64,000 nucleotides of DNA from Amphiscolops sp. MND2022 (lineage: Eukaryota). The stretch lies in NCBI GenBank assembly GCA_964187785.1, contig OZ076410.1, positions 58,776,001 to 58,840,000 of the forward strand, given 5' to 3'. Made by a program: the position numbers and the translations under genes. This document shows positions 48,966-62,124 of this stretch, piece by piece. How positions within the stretch are numbered: position 1 is the stretch's first letter; each line of letters starts with the position of its first letter. The notes under the pieces were generated by a model. The model was given only the letters and a program-made list of their open reading frames with translations, was not told the DNA's origin and did not search any database.

Positions 48966-49953
48966 CTAAAAACTCTGTGGATCGTTTACTTTATCACAAC
49001 AGCCAATTTTTCAAAAAACTATTAATATTTTGCTGATTATAAATTACTACATGTGACATCTCTATCACCAACACAAGCAAACAAATACTGTTGTTCCAAT
49101 ATTGAGGATCTGTCTCGAAAAACAAACAGTTTTTAAGGGTGCTTTTCATGCGCTGCATTGTAATTTCGTCATGTTTTGAAAAAAATTTTGTCTGTAGTTG
49201 CTCCCTGATAAACTGAATTAATAATATTATAGTTTACTGGAATCTTGGCTTCTTCAGTTTTTGATCTATGTGCTTTTCGACTTTAAATGATCGTCTAATG
49301 TTGACTTTTAGCCGGCGTTTTCCTTGAAAAAAAAGCGACTGAAGTCCTTTTCGACAATAACGCACTCCATACCAGATTTAACGCAAACAGGTTATAACGA
49401 ATTCCGGATTTGACATTTCTCAGGAAGATTGTGAACTTTGCAAGGTTCCCAAAGGTTCCCTCGATTATTAGGATATTTAAAATCGAAAAAAATTGATCTG
49501 AAGAACAAACTCCCTTTTGAGTTTTTTTCAGCTTTGTGACATCTTTTTATGTTTCTACCTAATCAATTTTTTCCAGAAAAACTTTAAAAGATACAATTTC
49601 AATTTTTTTTCTTTGATGTTTCGAGATACGGAAAACGCAAGTTTCAGGTCTTATGGGTATCCTTGCGGGTAGTTGTTGTATTTTAGGTTTAATACAACTT
49701 TTTTCAATAAGGTTTCGTTTCAAAGCTCTTCGTTCGGCGCTCAAAGAAAATAATCAGATCAAAAAACTTTGAGGAATGTGTGTTTTTGTTGTTTGCAGTG
49801 TGGGAAAAGTTGTATTTCAGCTTTATGCGTTTTCCTTCGGTTATTCTTTGCCACTGAGAAATTGATAAAATTTCAACAAAAGTGTCCTTTGCGTATTCAA
49901 AGAACTTGCTTTTTTGAAATTTGTGAGTGGTGCCGACATGAGCTGGTCCCTGC

Positions 49954-50307
49954 TTATTTCTCATCGTGAGAAGAACTGTCGATACGCTCCGGATTGCAAG
50001 AACTTGATGCTCTCAGGGCGTTTCCTTCCTCGAGGCGAGAGGTAAACTGTTGGGTTAGTGGCGATAATAACCCTTCATTCTCGTTCAATTCGGCTAGTAA
50101 TTTGGCGATTTGGCCATTCATTTCCGGTTGTGAATTCAAACTAACTTCGTTCTGATGTGTTTTAGATGAATTTGATTCTGAGTCTGCGTTTACGGCAATG
50201 TTCAGATCAGAATCCATATTCAGACGAATTTTAGATGATTTTCCAACTGTGCAAGAATTATTGATGATTTTCCCACTTCTAAGTCGACGATAAGAAACTA
50301 CACTCAT
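49954..50307 (-). other. Short ORF remnant, possibly another LTR-like or gag N-terminal fragment
   Basis: Basic N-terminus (YRRLRSGK) plus a helical segment, an architecture similar to the other ORF-bearing repeats; no TSD found. Confidence 0.25.
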
Positions 50308-51400
50308 GCCATCGAGAAGAATTTGTTATTGTTGAAAGAATGAAATTGATGCTAAGTTAGGATATATATATAGAGAGAGAGAGAGAGAGTAAAATAGGAA
50401 TCGAATGCCTTTTGCGCTACTCGGGTTGCGTCTACTAGTCAACTTTCGGTTATTGCGTTATGCGCAATGAAGTTAAGATGGACGATATGAGAATGACTAA
50501 ATTTGGATGGATAATTGATGCGTGATAAGATATGGATGAAATTGGATTGGGCGCTTCGGTCTTAGAGTCATCGATCTCGTTCCCCTGATTTTCCATTCCT
50601 TTTCCATCCAAGGTACTGAAATGATTGTGGAATCATCGATTTTTCTTTAGAGAGCATGAAATGGTTATAAGCACAGTATGACTGCTCTTATTTGATCACT
50701 AGCACTTTTTGTATGATTAAACTACGCAGGATCAGGTGCTCAGGTTGATGTTAATCATAAATATTTATGTAAACTCAGCACTCAAGGAAAGGATGAATAA
50801 ATAAAAAACGTAGGGTTGCTCACAACCATGTATCTTAATATATGGCTTCATTTTGCCCATAAGTAAGTATATTCGGCATATATGTACAATAGAAATATTA
50901 CATAGTTCTATAGTTCGCTCATGCTGGCATGACAGGAACGCAACAGAATTTGTCGAATAAAGTAGCAATGTCGAGGTAAAAAATCGTTCGGATACTCAGG
51001 AGCGCATATACACATACCAAGGTTTGTGGATTACAAAAGCGGTGTAAATAGCCCCAGGTAATAGGGACATTGGAAGTAGAGTGTAAAATACCGTGCTCAA
51101 ATTGCATTGGTGAAGAATCATTGTCTTGTCAACAACTGCCTTGTTAAATTTATCGCTGCTTTAATCCAACAATTTCACCGTTCACTGCGTTTCACTGTTC
51201 GATTAAAGCAGGCTGCTATAGCTGTGAATTGTTGCCCCTGCTGATTCATTTCAAGCGACAAGTCACCCAATTGAAGAGTCGAATTAAATGTGAAACATAT
51301 AGTCATGAAAACTCAACTAGTTGATTTGGAACCACTGTTTTTGATTCATCAAAAACAGCTGATTTTGATCATATCTTAACGTTTCCGATACAAAGTGGTA

Positions 51401-52448
51401 CCCCAGGTTTTTGATCTTTGCAAATCTGTAAAGATCTGCAGGATTTTTGCAGATCTTTGCAGATATGGGCAGATCTGCAGGATTTCTACAGATCTTTGCA
51501 GATACGTGCAGATCTGCAGGAATTTTGCAGATCTTTGCAGAACAGTGCAGATTCGAAAAAAAGACAAACTCAGAAACACAATAAAAACGTTTTACCCCAC
51601 AGCGATGTCAACTGAATAAAAAAATCGAAACTGGAGAAAAGTCTCAATTATGACAATGTTTCAGTTTTGGAAACTATCGAACGAAGCTTTACTATAGGTT
51701 TTTACTTTGTTTCCATTTTGTAACCCAATTAGGTCAACGTCATCGTCAATCATTGAATGTCTCCTGTTATGTTTCAGAAGGTTTTACCTGGAACTAATTC
51801 CATTGAGTTAGCATCTGGCACTTAACTGGTACGAACCAACCTTGGAAGCTGGCGCTGTTCAATTTTTGGACTTCTTCAAACTGTCGGAAGCTTCAATTTT
51901 GGAATGGCATCCTTCAATGTCTTCGAACTAGGTTACTATTCTCTCTTCATTACAGCTCACGGATCCGAAACAAACTTCTCTTTGTGCTTTTGTTAAGTTT
52001 TGTGGCTAACGGCACGTAGCAATAAGCATTTTCTGCAACGGATCAAAGTTTAGTTGAAATACTTACCATTTCTTAGGCCTTAGATTTTCGTTTTTTGCCC
52101 CACCATGCTTTGAAAAAAATTTTAGTTTTTTTATTCTGTATAAGTTTCGTCTTTCTTGATTTTGTTTTGAATATTTCACCAAAGAACAGTATTCCTCTTC
52201 ATTTTTTTTTCACTTGAGAAAAGCGAACACAAAGAAAATGTACAGGCTATCACAATGAATCCAGAATGAAAACGTAAACGCTGCAGAAAACCCCATTTCT
52301 GCAAAAATCTTTAAAGAAAATCTGCACACTTCTGTAAAGATCTTGCAGATCTGTATGGATCTTCAAGATTCAGTGCAACGATCTTTGCAGAACCCTGCAG
52401 AAAAATCGTGCAGATCTTTACAGATTCGCAAAGATTGAAAACCTGGGA
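51401..52448. mobile_element. Non-autonomous DNA element with ~140-bp terminal inverted repeats built of GCAGATCT-type subrepeats
   Basis: 51401-51545 (CCCAGGTTTTTGATCTTTGCAAATCTGTAAAGATCTGCA...) is the reverse complement of about 52300-52448. Confidence 0.7.
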
Positions 52449-52735
52449 CATTAGTTGAATACCAGCAAACAAATTAATCAACGTCTGTGTTAATTGACTA
52501 CGGTGTGCTAATTTGCCATGTATAGAAAACATTCAGTCCATAAAAGCACCTTATTATGATCAATATATCATTCGATTGGATGTTTTTTTTCGTGTGGTCA
52601 TCGAATGAACTTTTCCAAAGAATACCATTATGACTTTTTATGACATAGATGTTTTTTTATAGATGTCAAGACGATTAGGAATTGATTATCCTAATGTTGC
52701 AAGTGTCAGTAACGAAAGAGTTCATTTGCACACGT

Positions 52736-53088
52736 TTAGGTGACAAGGTACCTAAGCAAAAGTGAATTTGTGCTGGAATGCAGGAAAACTATGAACAAAA
52801 CGAGCTTCCCAGTATTCGAAGCCATGGTACCCTTGCCATGATCCATAGCATTTTACTAGCAAGCCTTACCAAGATCTTGTCATGATCATGGAAAGCGTTC
52901 CATGGCTTGGAACACTGGGTTGTTACCCAAATGCAATGGAATGTCTCTTTTAGTATGATGCGAGGTGTCGCAGTGGCATCCGAAACAATACTCATGTCTC
53001 TCATGATTTGAAAAACTATTGCAGAATAACTATTTAATTCTGCTCTTGGTTTTTTATTGGTTATCACTTTTTCACGTTTAGTCATCAT
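52736..53088 (-). CDS. Tentative 3' exons (TM6/TM7) of the GPCR-like gene
   Basis: TFHCIW fits FxxxW of TM6. A GTAAGG...AAG 38-nt intron (52869-52832) joins in phase to GTMASNTGKLVLFIVFLHSSTNSLLLRYLVT*. Confidence 0.35.
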
Positions 53089-53515
53089 TACTCATGCTCA
53101 TGAGAAAAAAGCTGTTCTCGAGTTTTCGACATGAAATCAAATTTGTAACCTGGTTGAGTTTCTGGATTACGGACTCGCGTATTGCTTTGTTCTTAACAAG
53201 AACAGTCACGATGATGTAGATGTGGGATGCGAACATGACGAATAGCATGGCCAGTCTCATCACCAGTTGAGAGACATGGGCAATGGTGAGGGAGTCACAG
53301 AGGGAGGGGTCCTGGGTGTTTTGTGGGAAGATCTTGCCGATCTGCCACCCCCAGAAAAGAGGCACCCAAGAGCACAACACCATGATGAACAGGGTGTTGT
53401 AGGGGCTTCTCGAGTGGTGCGTCTTGTAGAAGGGGGTGCTGTTGGTGCGAATGCAGAAGTCAAGCAGTGCCGGCAGGTTGCTGAAGATTGTGACCGCTTC
53501 CACCCAGAGTATCAC
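53078..53515 (-). CDS. Class A (rhodopsin-like) GPCR exon: TM3-TM5
   Basis: Acceptor ATTAG at 53516. VILWVEAVTIFSNLPALLDFCIR...PFY (TM3), LFIMVLCSWVPLFWG (TM4), ECL2 Cys, LVMRLAMLFVMFASHIYIIVTVL (TM5). The 3' exon boundary is uncertain. Confidence 0.6.
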   Translation of the reverse strand: MILWVEAVTIFSNLPALLDFCIRTNSTPFYKTHHSRSPYNTLFIMVLCSWVPLFWGWQIGKIFPQNTQDPSLCDSLTIAHVSQLVMRLAMLFVMFASHIYIIVTVLVKNKAIRESVIQKLNQVTNLISCRKLENSFFLMSMSNDD

Positions 53516-54681
53516 CTAATTAACATACCAGCAAAATTATAGGGCGTCCGTGTGAGACCAGGATATATTCCTTAAAGCCATCCGAAAATTGGTTACATGA
53601 AAAGCTCAGTCGCTCACAATTTCAACCTATTGCATTTCCAACTTTCCGCAATTTCAACTTAACCTAATTTTGACTGCTTAGAGTTGATTCGATTGAAAGT
53701 CAAACATATTTAATTGAAGGTAATTAATTATTCATGAAGAAGCCAAAACTATCAGATTTGGTTTTCGATATGTAAGAGAATGAAAAAACCTAAAATCTCA
53801 GTTTGTTTATCTTACAACAAAACGAAACCTATAAAAGCTTAAAAGCCCTCATTGGTTCTTGAACTTTGAGATTCTACAAATTATGTTTTTGAAAACTAAG
53901 AAGTCCCTTAACCCTGAATAGCATTGTGGTACGTTTTTGCACGACTCAAGATCTGCAAACTTCTAAAGGCACCAGCTGACCGTAGTTAGAAAACTCTTGA
54001 ATAAGATTTTCAGACTTTGTTACACAGCAGTGCACGCATTTTCACGGATTGTTGACTTGATGTCTCCAAAATCAACCAAACGGGGCCGAAAAATTAAAAA
54101 AATTGTGCGTAAATTTTCCGTTTTTTCCTGTTTTCTTCTGTGGCCACTTTTTACCACTGGGGACAAGATTGGGTCAAAGTGACCGTAGCATGTTTTGAAA
54201 CATGCTGGAATGCAGTCAGAGACACGACGCGCAAAGTTTTTGCGGAAAGTCCGGAGCCAGTGCGGCGAAGCGGAGGACTTCGCGCAAAAAACTTTGCACG
54301 CAAGGGGCCCCCAGCCCAGCAGTTTAGAATTCAAAATGAAAGCCCTAAAATTTTTTGTCGGTTCAAAGTTTAAGCACCAGATTCCTGGGTTGATCCCGAA
54401 AATTTTTCCTTCAATCCGGGTTAAATGATTTGGACTTTTCGCGCTTATTGAGCATATCAGATTTGCCTGCATTTTTAGGCAATTTTGTTCAGATTTGCAA
54501 AATGTATACAAATCCGATTCATATGTAACAGTAGACCAATATATCTTCCCTCCTTTTCTTCTTTTGGGAGTTTTTCAATGAGAATATTTTAATGATGACT
54601 ACAAGTATCAAGGAACCATTGGAGTAGAAAGTTGCATACACAGTCTCTTAAAATGTTGCTAATATGTAAAAAGTAACCAAC

Positions 54682-54921
54682 CCATTTTCGGACGGTGCAG
54701 GACAATGCTGCGCCAACAAGAGGAAAGTTGACCACTGCAAATGCGATGTTGCCAATGAAGTGAGCCCACAATTGAAAAAACACTGCCGCGTCGTTGCTGG
54801 CGTATGTCCGCAAAATAGTGCCAGACTGCCTGTACTTCTTATGAGCCACACGAAGTAAGCAACCAGAAAGCACCGGCCCGACCACCATCCAAACGTGTTT
54901 GAACTCTAGAGCTTCTATCAT
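54682..54921 (-). CDS. Class A GPCR exon: TM1-TM2-ECL1
   Basis: VWMVVGPVLSGCLL (TM1), TYASNDAAV (LAxxD of TM2), LSCTVRKW then GT donor at 54681. The phase-0 join to 53515 places Asp 24 residues after the TM3 Cys. Confidence 0.6.
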
Positions 54922-55698
54922 GTTCTGCTATAATAGTCTAGCGCAAACGAACAGAGCGGATATTTGATTTTCACTCCGATTATGGTGAAAAAGGAAATAT
55001 TGTATAACAGCTTTTCATCAAGATGACTGAATGGCAACAAAGAAAACGCCTAATCTTATCAACCATGCAGTGTTTTTGTCAAAAAAAATTGTGAGACAAA
55101 TTATCTCGGTGGTCGCCGTGAAATCTGGGAAAATAACAAAAAAATTGAAGGTACAAAACTTGTACAATGTAATTACACCAAAAAGGCTTCTATAACTTGA
55201 GGGCTCAGTTTTAATCTTGTTTTTTTTGCGTTCTACCACCAAAAAGCAATTTTCGGTATCTCAAGTCTTCGATGGGGATTATGAGCTATACAGGAAATTA
55301 CGCAAATGAATAAATCACATGGAACATATCACAAACTGCGATGTTTGTTAGCTTCGAAGTGCCTATGCAAAAGTCTCCATAAAAAGACCGTTTCTCAAGA
55401 CACAGGAAATGACCAGTGTCATACATTGCAACAAACGATCCCAGCTTTCCATGCAAAAAAAACATAATAAGTTCAAGAGTGGAGTTTCATGAATACTGAA
55501 CTTTTTTATTAAGCATGATTTTTAATTTGTCCTAGTTTGCCCATGTTCCAAAATTAAATCCAAGTTGAAAAATTGGTATTCAACGGACGACAATTTTGTA
55601 TGGACATATGTTTGTAGATATTTTTGGACTTTTTATTTAATCCCTAAATTGAGCCCAGGGATCATGCCAAAAATTCCATAAACTTCAGATTTTTAACG

Positions 55699-56247
55699 TT
55701 TTTAGTCGGCGCTTTTCGAAGAAAAAACGCAGACTATAGTAGTGACTTTTTAAAAAAATTTTTTGAAGACCGACGAACTGACAGATTTTATAAATTTTAT
55801 AAGTAAGCACTAACACTGCTGTCTGGCACTAACATTGTCTGGCACTAACATTGTCTGGCACTAACACTAAACCACACTGGCATAGAGGTTACGGCTTTTT
55901 GACGTCTGCCAAGCGGAAGGACATGGGTTCGAGTCCCGACCTTGACCAATTTTTTTTGTGTAGATTTCTTTCGGCTTTGTGAGACTTTTTTCGCAATTTT
56001 TTTAATGTCTCCGAAGGATCCACCCTTCATTTTTCCCTATTTTGCAAAAGAATGGATGTTGAAAAACAGCCAAAGGGCTCCTTTTACATTTTTCGGTACA
56101 ATGCGACTTACCAGAAACTTCAAAAAAATTCCAAAACTTTTTGGAATTTTTTTGGGTACTGTAGAGGAGAGTACTTGACATTTTGAAGTCCTTTTGCTAT
56201 TTTTGAGCCTTAGATATGGCGCCGACTTGGGCCGTTCCCGGCTTGTT
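55699..56247 (+). mobile_element. Non-autonomous repeat, family B, with an internal tRNA-like A/B-box segment
   Basis: AGTCGGCGCT (55704-55713) and GGCGCCGACT (56218-56227), GGG-CCGTT-CCC hairpin, CTTGTT. 16-bp CACTAACATTGTCTGG tandem repeats at about 55809-55868. TGGCATAGAGG...GGTTCGAGTCC at about 55879-55940. Confidence 0.55.
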
Positions 56248-56253
56248 ATCCAT

Positions 56254-56635
56254 TGTTACGGCTACTTATTGGAGTGTTTTTGGAAGTTGTCGCTTTTGAT
56301 TTTATAGGAATTGAAGTTGATGCAGGAAGAGTATTTTCCGTTGCAGAATCGGAGTCTTCTAAGGTTTGGGGAATTGTCGATTTCTTAACGGTTAGAGCTA
56401 TAAGCTAAAACATTTCCTTTTGGTTTTCGGCTAAGATTTTCGTCAGATCAGACATCACCACCTTTCTCAGCGACGTTTTGATTTCGTCTAATTTCTCAGC
56501 TTGTATTTTGGGAAATTTACTCGATCCTGGTACTACAGTTTGAATTTGACTATTTTCAGCGACAGAGGCTTCAAGATCCACTGACAATAGTTCAGCTACA
56601 GCTTTTCTCTTTTAACTCCTGGTTCTCATTTTCTA
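56254..56635 (-). mobile_element. Fragment of an ORF-bearing LTR-like repeat
   Basis: MRTRS*KRKAVAELLSVDLEASVAEN...KSKATTSKNTPISSRN; the ORF stops at ...CCGTAACA; no TSD located. Confidence 0.4.
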
Positions 56636-59600
56636 ATTAGAAAAGAAAGGTCTTCGGAAAGTTGTGAATTCGTCGAAGAAAATATTCTATGTTTAATCAA
56701 CGTTGAGTTTAGCGTATAACGATTAACAAAGTGACTCTTGACTCCCTAATTCTAAAAAAACCAACATATATATGACGGAAGCGCGAGGAAGTATACCTAA
56801 AAATTACTTGGTATCATAAAACTCGGGTTTGTTCAAAAAAAGCATTAATAATTCAAATCAGTCCAGTCCCGCGTCATTAATTCAACTATCGAAATTCCTA
56901 GTTGGCACGCTCTTCCGTCATCTTTGTTGAAATCGTTTTTGTTCAAGCTAGTGCAATTCCTGTTTGGACTTCAAAATGGCGGCAAAATAAAAGTCTGCTC
57001 AACAATTTCAACGACGAAGGCACGCCGGCATGAACATTTAGTCAGTTTGTTGTGAAGAGTGGGAGTTATGACGGGAGTTATGAAGATTGAAAAAAATCCT
57101 GACGCGCAAAATGACAACGCGACTGAAACAGAACAAATGATTTCGATAGAGAGAATAACTGAGCACTGAAAAAAGGAACCAGTGATGGCGGAACAACACG
57201 TTCCGATTATCGATACGAACATAAAAGGATGCGGTAAAACTAAAACAATCAAATACACAAATAGTCAGGTATAGACGAATTACATGATATTGTATAAATA
57301 TATCATGTTTGGCACAAATATAAACACAACGTAGCTTCAACGTTATTACCACTGATATGATACAAAATTTAAATGATAACTATGAAAATTGGTTTGGAAG
57401 CACATACAGGGCTAGCACTATTCTATGATTACGGATATATGGATGATATTGATCTTACGTTGCATTCTAGGTTACTCATTAAGGTATAATTTCATAGTTG
57501 TGATAATATCACCTGTTTTAATCATTTAAAGGAAAGTTGTTTACAACGTAAGGTGGAAGTGCTTTCATGATTGGTGCTAGAGTACAAACTCAAAACATTA
57601 TCGGTTTTTTAGGAGCACTTTCTTAATTCTGCCTTACAGTACATCTTTCTTTAAATTGACCTGTTCTCAAAACCTTTATGAAGGATCGTTTCCCAGAAAA
57701 ATTGCTCTCAAATGTTACTGTGAGGTTCATTCGTGCAGTTACAATTTTACAATCGCGTCGTACGGAGGGACTGCGGAGTGCGCAGGAGTGAAAATTCGTT
57801 AGCTAGTGACGTCACAAAAAGTCATTCTTATTCGTCTAAGCGCAAATGACTCAACAATGGGACGACGTTCTTGGTCGGTAAAAATGGAAACAGTTACTAG
57901 TTTTGCTGAGTGACGATGTCATGACGTTGTAACAACTCTTTTTACTTGCTTGACTGTAATTTGACGAATTTAGACAACTACTTAGTACAGGAAAGCACTC
58001 CACAGAACAATATCTCAGAATAACTAAAGAAGTCGAAATTCCAAACCTTTTCTGATATTCGACTTTTAATGAAACTTTCCGCTTGTTAGGAGAATGAAAT
58101 CATTCAACTGCAACTAAACCCCTTACATATTAGACTTTTTGGATTCCAAGTGCAGCTTCATGTTAACAAGAACCTCAAAATGATTCCACAATAGCCAAAA
58201 ATCCTAAATTGTTTCACAAGTTTAGAACTTTCAACGCAATCTTTTTCGGAATTTTGAAAGACGTCGTTGATTACAATTTTGAAACGTATCATCAACAACT
58301 GAATATGATGTCCAGTAGGCTTTTTAAAAATTAAATCGCCCCAAATTGTCAAAAACCCGAAAGTTTCCTGTTTGTCGTATTTCATTCAATTCGTGTACAA
58401 GTTTTGTGGATAAAAAGGTTCACCTAAAAAGGACTCCAAAAATGTGGTGTTGTTTCACCAATAACTTAGCATTGTGTAACAAGTTAATGGGGTTGTTTCA
58501 ATTTATGTTTTTGTACCGCTCAGGTCAATGGCGGTCTCTACTCAGGTTTATGAAAAAAAATCAAGTAATAACTTCTTCAATATGTTTCGGGGAGGCTGAA
58601 AACTCTCTCGACAGTTATGTCTCGTATTGCCACGCACGGGAAAGAGGTTTGGGCTGGTATGAAAGATCAGAAACAAAAGTCCAAGGCTTCGCCCTCAGCA
58701 CAATTGATCCACACTGTCGATTTTGGCTACTTTTCAACAAAACTCGGTGTTTTTGGTCGCTATTTTCGCATTTTAGCGTAACAAACGTTTCTGTTCCTGA
58801 GGACAACGTTTTCATCATTTTCTCACTGGCCGTACCATCTTCCAAAAAGTTTTGGTTCACAGAAGTAAGAAAATCCGAAACTGGTATAAATAGAATGTTA
58901 GTGCTAACCCACGAAGATTTTGGGCAAATCAATCAGAATACCAACAGGTAAGTTCTCAGGTAGTATTAGAGATGGTACGCCTAGGAAAAAACTAATTGAC
59001 TTCCGGTGGTGCAGTTGTCGATCAGAGGAGGATGGAAAATTTATGGTACTGTAAGGCGTGCTTCCTACCCGTCCAAACCAGCGGGGCCTTCAGCAATCGT
59101 GCTGACAGTTTCAGCACAAAAACAAAGAACTGAATCGAAGCTCCAGAACCCCTTCAAACAGAATCCCGTTAAGTTGGATGTGAATTTCCGAAGGTACAAA
59201 AACGTCTGATAGGGTTCTTTACAATGAAACGTCTGTATCTCTTGCAGGACATCAGAAGCACTCAGAAAACGCAAACATTCTACCAGAAAGCCTAAGAGAC
59301 TGACAAAAAACAATAAAATCTAATATAGGACCTTGCCATATGTAACGATAAGCGCTGGCGCTGGAACCGCAACTTAGAGTGGAGGAACTAGAACAGCGAA
59401 TATAATCTGGGACCTAGATCTTCGCGGCTCTAGCTCATTTTCCCTCCGAAGGAGCCAGTCCCAAGGTGGGGGAACCGTCTTGTAGGACGCTCTCTGGCCT
59501 GGTCCCAGTCTGTAACTGCTGAGAATAACGGGCATCCGTCTCGGCCCTTTGCCTGGGACCACCGTTTAGACAGCCTTTAAAAACAAGGCCAAGAATAAAC

Positions 59601-60840
59601 AGTGTAAATTTCCATCTTCCACCTGATATCGGAAAAATATCTAAAATGGGGAATAAGATCTAAAATTGCACAAACTAGCGCGGGCGCTAGTTCAAACGGC
59701 TAAATCCAGCAAAAATACATCAAAGCACACATCGGAATGGCAAACCACACAGCTAAAAAGCTGGGGCGCAGGGGCTCCAAGCACCAAACAAGGATCTTTA
59801 GGCGAAAAGACTCATTTTTACGGTTTCCGCTACATAGGGTAGCATATTGCTGAAAATCGATAAAACCGGTGTTAGCACCTCAAAAGAGTCTATTTTCGGA
59901 TGTTCTTGCTGTCTCTGGCTTCTGTCATGGCGGCGCGCCCGTGTTTTTTGCTCGTTCTTGCTCTTTGTTGTCGAAGTACCTGCCAATTTCGTAGAAACAG
60001 CGAAAAGAGCTATCACATGATCAGTGCCACGTCACACATCGGATTAGAAATTTTGACAAAATTTCTGAACATGTCAAAGTTGCAAAATCGGTTGATATTG
60101 CTGTACCAGAGCTTGCCGTTACAATATGTTTTTCCTAGATCTTACAGTGTCGGGAAGCAGAAAAACTCCAAGTGCGACACAATAAGGAACAGTATGCCCT
60201 TCTGGTCGCCATACAAACTCTCTTGGATGTAGTGTCAAGCCAGCACCGTATATACTTGAGCTGGGGTATTGTCTAGGTTGCCTTGACAGGAGACCATGGT
60301 CTTACTACAACTCTAGACATCAGTTTTTTTTTAGCGAAAACGGTTTCTTAGGGGGATTTTTCAAATGTCAAAGAGACCCCTCATTTAGAGGTCTGTGGTG
60401 ACGTGCCGGAACACGTCCCAAAACCACGGAAAAGTGGTTCGTAAGGTTTTTGCGACTTCCTATAAAATTCCGAGATCCAAAAACGGCAGTTAGCTGAAAC
60501 AGATATTACTAACGATATAATGTAAATTCGGGACCTACCAGAACAAACAACCAAATCTCTGGAAATCTGTACTACCAAAGCAGAATAATCACAAATATCG
60601 CACTGCGAATTTCGGACCCTGGACCTAGTCTGTACAAAGGTTGTGAGTCTTTTCTGACGTTTTTCGGCATTTTATCTGAGGATAGCTCCTGAAGGGACGC
60701 TTTGGGACGCTTTCTTCCTGGGCACCGTTACGGATGTCTTCTAAGCTCGTTTCCGGGGTTTTTCTTCTGTCCGTCTATGCTCTTTCAGTCGGGGTTTCTG
60801 TTTTTGTTCGTTCACCGTCTTCGCGGCTCATTTTTAGTAC

Positions 60841-60869
60841 GGCGCCGACTTGGGACTTCCCGGTATGTT
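60841..60869 (+). repeat. 3' terminus of a family B repeat
   Basis: GGCGCCGACTTGGGACTTCCCGGTATGTT matches 56218-56247. Confidence 0.5.
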
Positions 60870-62124
60870 CAATGTTCAATTCAAAAGGCTGTTCCTAACA
60901 ATTTCTTGAGTTCGTGTAGTTCTTCACTTTGTGCTCTCTTCGACAGATTTTAAATAGAGGACTAATTACAGCAACACGCTAAAAAATTGTAACGTCGACC
61001 AGTTTAGTTGACCTGTTCGAACTTTTGAAAAATTAGAATTGCTCGACTTTGACATGCTCAACCTAGCAGGCGCTAAAGTTTCGAAAAAAGTAAGTTCCTT
61101 TAGTATGCAAATGATACTATAGTGACAAAACTCAAGTGAGATACCTGATTTACAAAAAGTCTCACAGTGCCGAAAAAGGAGCTTTTCGAACCCGAGCTTT
61201 TTCTGAAAGTTGGTAAGTCACATTGTGCCGAAAAATCTAAGTTGCCAAATATAATTTTGGATATATAATCTCTTTTTGGATATATAATCTATTTTTATAG
61301 GATCTCTTTTTGGCGTGGCGTATCTATAGACGACGAGATAGTTGCTGGCTGAAGCAAAGACTCGAACCGCTGGATTCGCAGTATACCGAAGAACCCCTAC
61401 ACCAAATGGTAGTACATACAGGGTGAGATCTGTGGTGAGCACTTTCAGAGCTGCTTGATTTTGATAAGATACATTATCATTTTTGATCAATATTGTACAT
61501 CTTGTCTCAGCTGAAACGAAGACTTTTTTCCACAAACACGTCCTCTTAGGACTGGGGTATTTCCTTTTCTAATTTTTATAGCCAGGACATATTTTAACGG
61601 CTCGAACGTATGCGATAAATTAGAATCTCGCAAAAAGTTCAAAAATTTGAGAACTTTGACACTTTTCGTCTCCTTTTATTACTTTTATTACGTTTTCTCT
61701 TTAAGAACGTCATTTTTCTGTATAAACAGATAAGCCAACCCAGACACCACCTCAAACATCTCGAAGTCTGGTGCACGATCAGACGCCAGATTTGACAAAG
61801 TAAAAGCCGTGACAAAATCTTTTTTCAACAAAAATTACGACCCAGACTAAGCTTGAACACCGACTATCGAATCTTGTGATTAAACTGTCTCCACAGTAAG
61901 CATTGTTTGGAAACTAGGTTTTTCACGGACCACTTGAAACTGCTTCAGTAAATCCGATTGCTACAAAACTAATATCGAACTCCTCCGAGCTAGAAGCAAC
62001 CAGTCACGCCCTACAGCACCTCGAGCAGAAGAACTCGGAGGTTTTTTTGACTGAAGAAGTTTGAGTATAAACTGTTTTTTTAAATCAAATTCACCGGCAC
62101 TTTCCAAGTTTGGTTGTCGATCTT

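Noticed and set aside
55809-55868. CRISPR-like short repeats (also 46665-46715 and 29780-29920)
   Set aside because: Head-to-tail tandem units without unique spacers, in eukaryotic context with no cas genes.
56254-57400. Complete TSD-bounded solo LTR at 56.25 kb (also 36.83 and 49.96 kb)
   Set aside because: No matching CA-plus-TSD right boundary found by eye, so only fragments are reported.
58346-58951. 201-aa ORF and its antisense partner
   Set aside because: No recognisable motif and no homolog in the window; cannot distinguish from a chance ORF or decayed transposase.
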